DNA from: Clostridia bacterium
GTDB lineage: Bacteria; Bacillota; Peptococcia; DRI-13; SM3-B62
Direction: 5' to 3'
Assembly (NCBI GenBank): GCA_018433675.1
Contig: JAHDQS010000001.1
Span: forward strand, 42,232-106,231
DNA: 64,000 nucleotides
Shown: positions 9,283 through 19,000 of the stretch, in pieces
How positions within the stretch are numbered: the stretch's first letter is position 1
Layout of the letters: the number at the start of each line of letters is the position of its first letter
Program-made: the position numbers and the translations under genes
Notes under the pieces: generated by a model
What the model saw: only the letters and a program-made list of their open reading frames with translations
What the model was told of the DNA's origin: nothing
The model's database searches: none

Positions 9283-10896
9283 TCAATAAGGCGCATACTT
9301 TCCCATGACCTTTTCTGCCGCTTTAAGTCCGTCAACCGCAGAAGACATAATGCCACCGGCATAGCCTGCCCCTTCTCCCACAGGATATATCCCCTGTATG
9401 TTGGTTAAACCTTGTTCGTCCCTGTTTATCCTCACCGGAGAAGAACTCCTGGTCTCAACACCTGTCAGGACAGCATCCGGGGCGGCAAAGCCCTTTATTT
9501 TAGCATCAAAATGCCTTAAGGCTTCTTTGATTGTCGCGACAGCATAATCAGGCAGACATTCCTTCAGCGGAGCAAAGGTAACCCCGGGCTTATAGGTAGG
9601 TATAACACTGCCCCATTGGGTACTAGGTCTGTCTCTGAGAAAATCCTCAACCAATTGAACCGGGGCCTGATAATCTTCTCCCCCTATCTCATAAGCCAAC
9701 CGCTCCCACTTTCTCTGGAATTCGATGCCTGCCAAAGGATGCCGGCTGGGATAATCGGCAGGTGTAACCCCCACTAACAAGGCCGCATTGGCATTCCTGC
9801 CATCCCTCCTATATTCACTCATCCCATTTGTGACAACACATCTTTCTTCCGAGGTAGCACCAACGACATAACCGCCGGGACACATACAAAAGGTATAAGC
9901 TGATCTGCCCTTTTTCGCATGATAAGCAAGCTTATAATCAGCCGCTCCCAACCCGGGTTCTCCGGCAGCAATTCCGTACTGCCCCTTATCAATAGTTTCC
10001 TGTAAATGCTCAATCCTAACTCCAATGGAGAAGGCTTTCTGACTCATAACAACGCCTCTGTTGTACAGCACCTCAAAAGTATCCCGGGCGCTGTGCCCGA
10101 TTGCCAACAGTACGACTCTACAAGGTAGCCTCTCTTTATCATTGATTACTACAGCTTCAATCCTGTCATCCTTGATGATAAAATCGGTTGCTTTGGCTTG
10201 AAACCTAACCTCGCCCCCGCAAGCGATGATTTCTTCCCTGATATTCTTAACCGCAGACCTGAGCAAATCCGTACCGATATGGGCTTTGCTCCTATATAAT
10301 ATTTCCGGAGGTGCCCCGGCCTTGATAAACTCTTTTAATATCATGCGGCACCTTCCGTCGTTTATCCCGGTGGTAAGCTTTCCATCGGAAAACGTACCTG
10401 CACCACCCTCGCCAAATTGCACATTGCTGTCGGTATCAAGCAGACCGTTTTCCCAGAACTTACTTATTCTAACTGTTCTATCCTCCACCGCTTCTCCTCT
10501 TTCCAGGAGGATAGGTCTGTAGCCATTCTTAGCCAGCATCAATCCGGCAAAAAGACCTGCCGGTCCCGTACCTATCACCACAGGTCTTTCAGGCATTTCT
10601 TCAGTTCCCGGTTGAATACGGTACTCAGACATAACCGGGGTTTGCGTTATACTGCTTTTTGAACGGTCCTTATCAAGAATTACTTTTTCATTTCCAACAC
10701 TGACATCTACCGTATAGACAAAGGAAATATTTCCTTTTTTTCTGGCGTCAATTGACTTTTTAAATATTTCAAATCCCAGCAGTTCCTGCTTATTAATCCT
10801 AAGCTTACTGAGGATAGCTTTTTTTAAGGCTTGCCTTTCCATCTCAGTATTTGCGGCTTCTTTTACCCTTATTTTAATATCTGTAAGCCTAACCAT
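9283..10896 (-). CDS. FAD-dependent protein (COG2509-type uncharacterised dehydrogenase), 537 aa
   Basis: Dinucleotide-binding motif VVIGTGPAGLFAG and a C-terminal YPVGEGAGYAGGIMSSAVDG motif. It is a paralogue of the gene at 58068-59474. Confidence 0.7.
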   Translation of the reverse strand: MVRLTDIKIRVKEAANTEMERQALKKAILSKLRINKQELLGFEIFKKSIDARKKGNISFVYTVDVSVGNEKVILDKDRSKSSITQTPVMSEYRIQPGTEEMPERPVVIGTGPAGLFAGLMLAKNGYRPILLERGEAVEDRTVRISKFWENGLLDTDSNVQFGEGGAGTFSDGKLTTGINDGRCRMILKEFIKAGAPPEILYRSKAHIGTDLLRSAVKNIREEIIACGGEVRFQAKATDFIIKDDRIEAVVINDKERLPCRVVLLAIGHSARDTFEVLYNRGVVMSQKAFSIGVRIEHLQETIDKGQYGIAAGEPGLGAADYKLAYHAKKGRSAYTFCMCPGGYVVGATSEERCVVTNGMSEYRRDGRNANAALLVGVTPADYPSRHPLAGIEFQRKWERLAYEIGGEDYQAPVQLVEDFLRDRPSTQWGSVIPTYKPGVTFAPLKECLPDYAVATIKEALRHFDAKIKGFAAPDAVLTGVETRSSSPVRINRDEQGLTNIQGIYPVGEGAGYAGGIMSSAVDGLKAAEKVMGKYAPY

Positions 10897-10962
10897 GACA
10901 ACCTCCTGCCGTCTTTCAACATCTGCACTTTTTCAACATCCGGACAAAAAACCTTGCGGTAC

Positions 10963-12207
10963 TCAATATCCGTTTAGAGCCGCACTCCGCCCCGCAACAA
11001 ATCCGGATGACCATGCCCACTGAAGATTAAAGCCTCCGCACTGACCGTCGATATCTAATATCTCCCCGGCATAGAACAAGCCTTTGACTAACATGGATTC
11101 CATTGTCTGGGGATTGATTTCCTTTGTATCGACACCACCTGCGGTAACTTGTGCACCGGACCACCCTTTGGTCCTTTTTATTTTAAACCGCCAATCAGTC
11201 AGGATATCTCTAATACCATCCTTCTCTTGGGCGGTCAAATCGGCGACGGAACGTTTTAGATCACTGATACCCGCTTCTTGTAACACCACAGGAATCAATC
11301 TTTTATTGATAAGGCCGACTAAGCTGAAGTCAATTGGTTTTCCGGGAGCCATTTGGAACCGTTTATTAAGAAGCTTTTCCAACTCTTCTTTAGTCATCAT
11401 ATCCATGATGATGATTTTCAGATAAGCTTCTTCCCCCGCCTTGATCAACTCTCCGGCTTTCCTGCTTATTTGCAGAATAGGCGGGCCTGATATTCCGTAA
11501 TCCGCAAAAAGGATATCTCCCCTGTCTTGAACAATAGCCTTATTTTTGTGTATAACTTCAGCAGTACCCACAAATTTTACTCCGGAGATACGTTTAAAAA
11601 AAGAGCCCTCCAGCATCAATTGCACCAGGGCAGGAAAAACCTCTACAATACTATGTCCCAGTTTTTCGGCCAAATCATAGCCGCATCCGTCAGAACCGCT
11701 GGCAGGCATAGCTTTGCCGCCTGTCGTCAGAATAACCCTGTCCCCCCGGTATGAGTTCCCCTTTTCCAATACAAATATAAATTCATCTTTCTCCCTGATA
11801 ATATCCTTTACACAGGCATCACAAACGATATTTACTCCCAGGTCATTTAATTCATATAAAAGGACATCCAGAATACTTGAAGCCTGATCTGACATCGGGA
11901 AGACCTTGCCCAGTTCCTCCACCTTATGTGCAATCCCTAATTTCTCAAAAAATCTGATAGTATCATCAACAGTAAAATCTCCCAGCACAATGTGGGCAAA
12001 TCCCGGATCACTGCCATGATAGTAAGTAATATCCGTCTTGATATTCGTAAAGTTGCACCGTCCGTTTCCCGTAGCCAATATTTTTTTGCCAACTCGCGGA
12101 TTTCTCTCAAGTATCGTTACGTCGGCACCCATTCTGCGTGCAGAAATAGCGGCAATCATCCCGGCTGCTCCTCCGCCTACCACTACGACACGTCTTTTTA
12201 TTTTCAT
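10963..12207 (-). CDS. HI0933/BaiN-family NAD(P)/FAD-dependent flavoprotein
   Basis: VVVVGGGAAGMIAA Rossmann motif and a C-terminal LFYAGEILDIDGQCGGFNLQWAWSSG motif typical of the HI0933 family. I chose the start at MKIKRR (12207) because a GGGGG RBS precedes it; the ORF track extends to 12225. Confidence 0.8.
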   Translation of the reverse strand: MKIKRRVVVVGGGAAGMIAAISARRMGADVTILERNPRVGKKILATGNGRCNFTNIKTDITYYHGSDPGFAHIVLGDFTVDDTIRFFEKLGIAHKVEELGKVFPMSDQASSILDVLLYELNDLGVNIVCDACVKDIIREKDEFIFVLEKGNSYRGDRVILTTGGKAMPASGSDGCGYDLAEKLGHSIVEVFPALVQLMLEGSFFKRISGVKFVGTAEVIHKNKAIVQDRGDILFADYGISGPPILQISRKAGELIKAGEEAYLKIIIMDMMTKEELEKLLNKRFQMAPGKPIDFSLVGLINKRLIPVVLQEAGISDLKRSVADLTAQEKDGIRDILTDWRFKIKRTKGWSGAQVTAGGVDTKEINPQTMESMLVKGLFYAGEILDIDGQCGGFNLQWAWSSGFVAGRSAALNGY

Positions 12208-12229
12208 AACTGACCCCCAGTCCAACTAA

Positions 12230-12499
12230 TCAACCCTTGTCAATGTCTTCCTTTTCGCTACTCTTTCCATCACTTCCGCCCTTATCATTGCCTATCGCTT
12301 CATCCTGCGTCTTTTTTGCATACTCCTCGGCCATATTGACAAAATCGTCCTTTGCCTTATTCATCTTATCGTAGGTCCTTTTTAGTTCACCAAAAAGCCT
12401 CCCCGTTTTGCGAAAAAATACAGGAATGTCTTCCGGTTTCACAAAAATAAGGATTACTACCGCTATTATTATTATCTCCGATATTCCTATCCCGAACAT
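12230..12499 (-). CDS. TatA/TatB-family protein (TatB-like), 89 aa
   Basis: MFGIGISEIIIIAVVILIFV TM helix, then an amphipathic KPEDIPVFFRKTGRLFGELKR segment and an acidic tail. It lies immediately downstream of tatC. Confidence 0.65.
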   Translation of the reverse strand: MFGIGISEIIIIAVVILIFVKPEDIPVFFRKTGRLFGELKRTYDKMNKAKDDFVNMAEEYAKKTQDEAIGNDKGGSDGKSSEKEDIDKG

Positions 12500-12501
12500 A
12501 C

Positions 12502-13245
12502 TTATTCACCAAGCCTCAATATTCTCGCCAGCAAGATAGCCAGAAAATATAAAAGCACTAAAGGAAGTGCTACAGCCAATTGACTGATAAAATCCGGCGG
12601 TGTGATGGCGGCAGCCACTACAAAGATTCCCACAATAACGTACCTGCTCAACCGAAAAACAGTTTTGCGCTTAACCAGACCCAAGGCCATTAAAACCATT
12701 AAAACAATAGGGCTTTGGAAGGCTACTACCGACCAGAGAATAAACGAGAAAACATAAAAGATGTTCCGACCATAATTCAATAACAAGCCGACATCACCGG
12801 GGATGAAAGACTTGTTGGTAAGAAAAGATATTGAGAAGGGTATTAGCTTAAAATATGAAAAGTATGCACTGACCGCAATCAGAATAAAGCTGGCAAACAA
12901 AGAAACGACAAATATTCTTTTTTCCCGGGGAAGCAGTCCCGGAAAGATAAAACGAACGGCATTGTAAAAATGTACCGGCAGTGAAAATATCAGTCCTGCC
13001 AAAAAGGACAGCTTTACTCTGACGGAAAAACCCTCAAAGATAGTAGTCATATAGAGATTAGCTCCCCCGGCGCTGGGAATTCCTGCATACTGCTTTAAAA
13101 ATACCTCCACAATACCCTCAAAGGCAAAAAAGGCCGCAAAAGAACAGACCGCAAAAAAAACCAGTGAAATAAGCAATCTGCGCCTCAACTCACGGATATG
13201 TTCCAGCAGCGGCATATTGGTATCCGCAAAATCCTTCTTACTCAT
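12502..13245 (-). CDS. tatC: Twin-arginine translocase subunit TatC
   Basis: PLLEHIRELRRRL N-terminus and a six-TM profile typical of TatC. Its ATG overlaps the tatA stop (ATGA). Confidence 0.9.
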   Translation of the reverse strand: MSKKDFADTNMPLLEHIRELRRRLLISLVFFAVCSFAAFFAFEGIVEVFLKQYAGIPSAGGANLYMTTIFEGFSVRVKLSFLAGLIFSLPVHFYNAVRFIFPGLLPREKRIFVVSLFASFILIAVSAYFSYFKLIPFSISFLTNKSFIPGDVGLLLNYGRNIFYVFSFILWSVVAFQSPIVLMVLMALGLVKRKTVFRLSRYVIVGIFVVAAAITPPDFISQLAVALPLVLLYFLAILLARILRLGE

Positions 13246-13409
13246 TCCTTTGTTGTTTCCTCTTTTTCAGTATCTTCCACCTCTTCAGACGCTTGATTAA
13301 ACTCCTTTTTTGCCTCGCCTAAGGAACGGGCCAGCTTGGGAATAGCGGAAGCGCCAAAAAGCAGCACAACGATCAAAAGAATCACTAAAAGCTCAGTAGA
13401 ACCAAACAT
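13242..13409 (-). CDS. tatA: Twin-arginine translocase subunit TatA (55 aa; below the ORF-track cut-off, found by manual translation)
   Basis: The manual minus-strand translation is MFGSTELLVILLIVVLLFGASAIPKLARSLGEAKKEFNQASEEVEDTEKEETTKE. A GGGGG RBS lies 9 nt upstream, and the stop overlaps the tatC ATG. Confidence 0.8.
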   Translation of the reverse strand: MFGSTELLVILLIVVLLFGASAIPKLARSLGEAKKEFNQASEEVEDTEKEETTKE

Positions 13410-13496
13410 GATAGCTTACCCCCTTTGATGTAAATTATACTGTTACCTGTTCTTCTTGTCCATTTCCCATTTTTCCTGATTGCTTCTTTTCTCCAT

Positions 13497-13536
13497 AAGA
13501 TAACTGAAGGGAACTTTCGCTCCCTTCAGTTATCTT
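13497..13536 (-). terminator. Hairpin H1 (16-bp perfect arms) overlapping the abiEii stop codon; member of the island hairpin family
   Basis: AAGATAACTGAAGGGA-ACTTTCGC-TCCCTTCAGTTATCTT. The core GAAGGGAACTTTCGCTCCCTTC (13506-13527) is 20/22 identical to the core of the hairpin at 20307-20328. Confidence 0.6.
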
Positions 13537-14437
13537 ATGTCCTAAAACAATCAGATATAATTACTTTTTGTATGCCCGTTATTGCTTCATCATATTTAAC
13601 ATTGACGAATAATAACTTTTCAGTAAGATCCGAATAATCTTGTTCGTAATAGCCTGAGGAAATAATATCTTCCAAGAGTTGATTAATATCAAATATGTCG
13701 AGGGCTGACGAACATATTTTTTGGCTTTTCCTTAATTCGCGTACTTTTACAATAAGTTTCTTAAGCTCATCATCTATGGGAACCACTGACAGAAGCATGT
13801 ATATATCATAAATGTGTCTGGAGTGCTTGGGTTTTTTGTTATTTAAATAATAGTCGCAAAGAGCAAATACTTTGTCAATAAGAGTTCTGCGCAAATCTTG
13901 CACACACATTTCAAACGGTGTTAACTGGTATCTTTCGGCAATATCTTCTCTTCTGATCTTTTTAAGAAACTGGTAAATATAATTGTCCACAAGCCTATTC
14001 TCTGTAGGCAAGTATTCTACCCCTGTATACGTTTCGATAATTATTTCTGGACTAATCCCCTCTTCATAAAGGGGCTCATACTCCACAACATAGCGATTAT
14101 AATCAAGCCCGCTACGGATTTCATCGGCGTTTTTTATCGCCAATCCCAATCCTTCTACTGCAACAAAAACAGCCTTCTTCAGTTTGCTTTTCTGTCCTTG
14201 GGTTACCTTGCCACGAACGGAAATGTCAATATCCTCGGAAAAACGTTTAATAACATGAAAACATTTAGAGAGTGAAGTTCCGCCTCTAAATATCAAATTC
14301 TCATGAGCTTTATTCAATTCATGCAAAGCAGCCGAAACATAGCAGTCTTTTTCAATAATTTCCGGAGGGATGCTGTATTCTTCACTTGTAGCAACAATTA
14401 AATCTCGGAAATCTTCTGGGTTTTTATACAAATACAT
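13535..14437 (-). CDS. AbiEii/AbiGii-family nucleotidyltransferase toxin (type IV TA / abortive infection)
   Basis: EKDCYVS..LIFRGGTSLSKCF..RFSEDIDI motifs characteristic of the AbiEii (DUF1814) family. There is a 14-nt overlap with the upstream antitoxin gene, and the region is visibly AT-rich. Confidence 0.85.
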   Translation of the reverse strand: MYLYKNPEDFRDLIVATSEEYSIPPEIIEKDCYVSAALHELNKAHENLIFRGGTSLSKCFHVIKRFSEDIDISVRGKVTQGQKSKLKKAVFVAVEGLGLAIKNADEIRSGLDYNRYVVEYEPLYEEGISPEIIIETYTGVEYLPTENRLVDNYIYQFLKKIRREDIAERYQLTPFEMCVQDLRRTLIDKVFALCDYYLNNKKPKHSRHIYDIYMLLSVVPIDDELKKLIVKVRELRKSQKICSSALDIFDINQLLEDIISSGYYEQDYSDLTEKLLFVNVKYDEAITGIQKVIISDCFRT

Positions 14438-15059
14438 TCAATAACCCGCTTTCAACTATTTTCTTTGAAACCTTAGACGGATAGAAACGCAAGTAATCAA
14501 GCACCGCAAGTTTATGGAGATCGCTTGAAATTATATAATTTTTTATGATGTCGTATGTTTTGTCTGTATCATACTCCGACCATTTTTCGCATTCATTTAT
14601 TGCGTCCAACAATTGGAGGATTTTATAATTTCCTTTTTTGACTGTGGCTCGTGAACATCTTAAACGAATTGTATTGTTTTTAACCTTAACGTTTCTACCT
14701 CTACTGGCCTCTCTATTCGTAGCAATTTCCTTGACAGATGGGACCTGTGTAGTAAGGCCAATTTGATTCGCAAAAGTCAGTCCCGTGTAATAACCGTACA
14801 CATCATTGTCATCCCTTATATATTTTTTAACGATTACTTTGTTTGCATCAAGAAACGCTTTGCCTAATAAAGAAGATTTTTTGGGTATATAATAAACCCC
14901 TGCATCAAAGCGACTCAGTTTTCCGTCATCCACTAAACGTTTTAATAATTGGCGAAGATAATTGTACTTCAAATTATTAAAGTTGAGTTCTTCTAGTAAT
15001 ATGGGTTCATTTGGTTTATATTTATTTTGCAATGCCGCGTATACCATTTTTTTGTTCAC
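14424..15059 (-). CDS. AbiEi-family antitoxin / transcriptional autoregulator
   Basis: N-terminal winged-helix-like LRQLLKRLVDDGKLSRFDAGVYYIPKK, positioned directly upstream of and overlapping abiEii. The start is either GTG at 15059 or the ATG 21 nt downstream. Confidence 0.75.
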   Translation of the reverse strand: MNKKMVYAALQNKYKPNEPILLEELNFNNLKYNYLRQLLKRLVDDGKLSRFDAGVYYIPKKSSLLGKAFLDANKVIVKKYIRDDNDVYGYYTGLTFANQIGLTTQVPSVKEIATNREASRGRNVKVKNNTIRLRCSRATVKKGNYKILQLLDAINECEKWSEYDTDKTYDIIKNYIISSDLHKLAVLDYLRFYPSKVSKKIVESGLLNVFV

Positions 15060-15071
15060 TTCCCTTCGCTC

Positions 15072-15118
15072 CTATTGTAACTAATTCATACTTGTTTTGT
15101 CAACATATGTTACAATAG
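15072..15118 (-). promoter_or_regulatory. Candidate abiE promoter flanked by a 10-bp perfect inverted repeat (putative AbiEi operator)
   Basis: The minus strand reads TTGACA (15098-15103), an 18-nt spacer, then TACAAT (15074-15079). The inverted repeat CTATTGTAAC (15072-15081) / GTTACAATAG (15109-15118) brackets the -35 and covers the -10. Confidence 0.6.
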
Positions 15119-15148
15119 TATACGCTTAATATCCGTTTTTATTCGCTG

Positions 15149-16057
15149 TTATTCCTCCCTAGTTAACCCGGCCAAAAGATTAATCCCGACCTCCGAGGCT
15201 TTTGCGTAGACCGGTTCGAGGGTTTTTAATATATTTTCTTCCCCGCGCCAGAAAGGAAAGTCGCCCAGTTGTTTTAATAGTGTCGCCCGTGAAGATGATG
15301 GCTTTGTCTCTATCAGAAAATCTGCAGGCAGCGGTCCTCCTTCCCAAAAATCCTTAGGATCGCTTGAAATTCCGCCTGCTTGAATATCCTCATACCCGCT
15401 GTCAAATGTTTGTGTTTCTGAATCCCCCCTCTTTTTAGCGGGAACCGCTTCCTCTCCACCGGATAATTTCTTTATCATTTCCGCACGTTCCATCCCGCGC
15501 AGCTTAAAAATCAGAAAGGGGTCGCGGTCAAACTCCTCACCTATGATATAGTACACTGCGGCAATATGTTTGCAAGGATTAGACCAGTCCGGGCAGGAAC
15601 AATCGGTTTCAATGTCGTCAATTCGGTTGGGGAAAAGCGAAACCCCCGCCCCGGAAAAAACCTCTTCAATGTCAAGCGGCATCTCCCCGGCTAGTAACCG
15701 CGCAGCAAAAATAGCTTCCTGAGACAGCTTTGCCATTACCTTGTCCCATTCAGCGGCAGACAACACCCTGACCTTGATGTCAACTTTATAAGGTTTAATC
15801 CGGGAACCTTGGACCTTGGCCTTTACACTTCCACCCTTTATATCCACGGACAGAACCTGCCCGCTTCTGGCATAGGAGCGCCCTCTGGTGAGCCTGGCCC
15901 CTAGGTTAAACCCTTCCAGCGTTTGGTTCCAGCGTTTTGCCCACCAGTTTTTGCCGAAAGTTCTTCCCTTACCTTTGGCTTTAATCCCGTTTTTCGCCTC
16001 ACGGGGCTTGGACGGGGTATATTTCCTGTAGTAATCAAAATCATCCCATTGCCCCAT
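15149..16057 (-). CDS. SWIM zinc-finger protein (COG4279-like), 302 aa
   Basis: CSCPDWSNPCKH is a SWIM CxC..CxH signature. The start lies 2 nt after the SNF2 stop. Confidence 0.85.
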   Translation of the reverse strand: MGQWDDFDYYRKYTPSKPREAKNGIKAKGKGRTFGKNWWAKRWNQTLEGFNLGARLTRGRSYARSGQVLSVDIKGGSVKAKVQGSRIKPYKVDIKVRVLSAAEWDKVMAKLSQEAIFAARLLAGEMPLDIEEVFSGAGVSLFPNRIDDIETDCSCPDWSNPCKHIAAVYYIIGEEFDRDPFLIFKLRGMERAEMIKKLSGGEEAVPAKKRGDSETQTFDSGYEDIQAGGISSDPKDFWEGGPLPADFLIETKPSSSRATLLKQLGDFPFWRGEENILKTLEPVYAKASEVGINLLAGLTREE

Positions 16058-16059
16058 TC

Positions 16060-19000
16060 TTAATCACCTACCATTTCCCGGCGCAAGGCCCAAATTTCCC
16101 GAAGCTCGGTAGTCGAAAGCTCGGTCAACCAGCTGTCCCCGCTGCCCACTATTTTGTCCGCTACGTCCTTCTTTTTCTCGATCATCTCGTCAATTCGTTC
16201 TTCCACCGTACCGGCCACTACGAATTTATGAACCTGTACATTTTTTGTCTGCCCGATTCGGAAGGCTCGATCCGTGGCTTGGTCTTCCACCGCCGGATTC
16301 CACCAGCGATCAAAATGGAAAACATGATTAGCCTGGGTTAGGTTGAGCCCGGTTCCTCCGGCTTTCAGTGAAAGAATAAAAAAAGGCGGACCGGCTTCAT
16401 CCTGAAACAGTTCAACCATTTGGTTTCTCTCTTTAGAAGAAACGCCTCCGTGCAGAAAAAGAACCTGGCAGCCAAATGTTTCTGCGAAATGACGATGCAG
16501 GATATCGCCCATTTCAGTAAACTGAGTAAAGATCAAAGCCCGTTCGCCCATCTCCAGTATTTCTTCGCACATTTCCGTCAGACGCTGCATTTTCCCGGAC
16601 CGTCCCGCCATAGTGGATTTATCCTTCAGGAACTGGGCCGGATGATTACAAACCTGTTTTAACCTGGATAAGGCTGAAAGAATCAAGCCCTTGCGCTCAA
16701 TACCCTCCGCTCCCTCCAGTCCTGCTTCTACTTCTTTGACAACAGCGGCATAAAGGGAGGCCTGTTCTCTGGTCAGAGTACAAAACACCTTCATTTCCAT
16801 CTTATCCGGGAGATCGTCGATAATTGACTTGTCCGTTTTCATCCTTCTTAAGACAAATGCTCCGGTAATCTTTTTTAATCTTTGAGCCGCATCATTATTG
16901 CCGCTAACCTGAATCGGAATCAAAAACTCTCTTCTGAAGTCTGTTTGCCCCCCCAGTAAACCGGGATTCATAAACTGCATCAGGGACCACAAATCACCAA
17001 CATTATTCTCCACCGGGGTTCCTGTCAACGCCAGCCTATATCCGGCTTGAATATTACAGGCAGCCTGAGCCTGCTTGGTGCCGGCGTTTTTAATATTCTG
17101 GGCCTCATCCAGGATGATTCCTGACCACTGTATCCCTCGGAAGAGCTCCTGATCACGGTACAATAATCCATAACTGGTCAAAACCACCGCATTTTCTTCC
17201 GTTTTCTTTTGAAATTCCTCTATGTCTTTAATCCGTTCGGCTCCGTGATGCACCCAGAGGGAAAGTTCCGGCGTGAACCGGGCCGCTTCCTTCTGCCAGT
17301 TTCCTACCAATGAAGTGGGACACACTAAAAGCGCCGGGCGTTTTTCGCCCCTTTCCCTATTGTGCTGCAGTAAGGCTAAAGTCTGAATCGTCTTACCCAA
17401 ACCCATATCGTCCGCCAGACAAGCACCAAAACCCCATTGACACAAGAAATGTAACCAAGAATAGCCTCGCAACTGGTAGTCCCGCATCTGTCCCTTAAAC
17501 CCTCCGGGTTGCGCTATCTCCTGCCAAGGGCTATGACCTTCCATCTTCTCAAGAAGATCTTTTACCCAGCCTTCGGCCTGTAACCCTGCAAAAGCCAGTC
17601 CGCCCGGCGCGCGAACCGCTCCCAACGCCAGGCGCACAGCCTCACCGATAGTAAGGAGTTTCTCGCCTTTTTGCCTTTCGGCTAAGAATCCCTTGATGCT
17701 CGCTGCTTCGAATGCCACCCAACGGCCACGCAATTTGACCAGCCCTGACTTCATTTTGGTCAACAGTTCCAGTTCCTGTTCAGTCAGCGTCTCATCGCCC
17801 AAAGCCATCTCCCAGTTAAAGCTAATGACCCGATCGGCTGTAAGTCCTGCCGATATTTGCATTTTGGACGGATTTAAACGCACCTTGGCACTGAGTCCCT
17901 TTTGAGCTTTTTTCTTGGTCCACCAGCCCGGTACCTGTATAATAAATCCGCTCTGTTCCAAGAGTGGTGCTTTCTCTGTCAAGAATTCGTAGGCTCCGGC
18001 ATTATCCAACAAGTATCCTTGAGGAACCGGGGTCCGAAGGCTTTCTTGTATATGGGAACACAGCCCGGCAACCTGTCCTAAGGCCGTTAGCACAAGTTCT
18101 CGCACTGAAACATTCCTGTCCTTAAAAATTTTAGCTTTTTTGCCACGTGCCCGCCAGGCTTCCTCTACAGGAATCTGCAGGCTGGGATCATCAACAGCTT
18201 GCAGCAAATAGCATAGGGACCAATCGTCGGATGTAGTTGGTTCTTCCAGACGAAAACAAAACCTGAAAGGGGCATTCGACAGGTAATAGACCTTGCGCTG
18301 CCAATCCTTAACCTGCGCAACAAACTCGGTCAGCTTGTCCTCTTTGTCATGCAGCAGCCCTGTAGCATCCCGGAGGGCTGCAAGCCACCTGTCATGCAGA
18401 CTTTGATGACTTGCCGGTTCAGCATACGTTTCGCCCCTGTCCAAGTCTGCCCGCACAACTGCGTTCACGAAACCACCGACAGCCTCCGTCACAACCGACA
18501 GAGGACCGGTTGCCGGCTCTATCCCCTTTTCCGCTGTAGCCCGGCATACCGCAGGCATTATTTCACTTAACACCCTAAGCCTGTCCAAATCATGGCCGGT
18601 AAAAACCGGGTCCCAGCAAGCATAATACTTTTTAGCTGTCATGGATATCCCCGGTATAAATCTTTCCCGCGCCACCAAACTTCCGGCCAGGCGCAATACC
18701 TGAGTCCAAAAGGCCACATCCCGGCTCACCACCACGCCGGGCGCTACAACCCGTCGTCCCATACAAACCGTCAATAAAGAAACGGCTTGTCTTGCATTAA
18801 GATTTAAGGTTGTTACCTTCCAGGGCTGTAATTTTATTTCTTCCTGAGATTCTAATTGCTCCGATACTAGCCTTCTTGAGGCAAGCGGCCTTCCGGAAAT
18901 AGTGGGAAGCCATATTTCCATTTTGTGGGTCTTTGTCTCGGCAATTTCTTCTTCAATGCCATCCACCGCCAGGGCATTTTTTAACAACTTAGCGGATACG

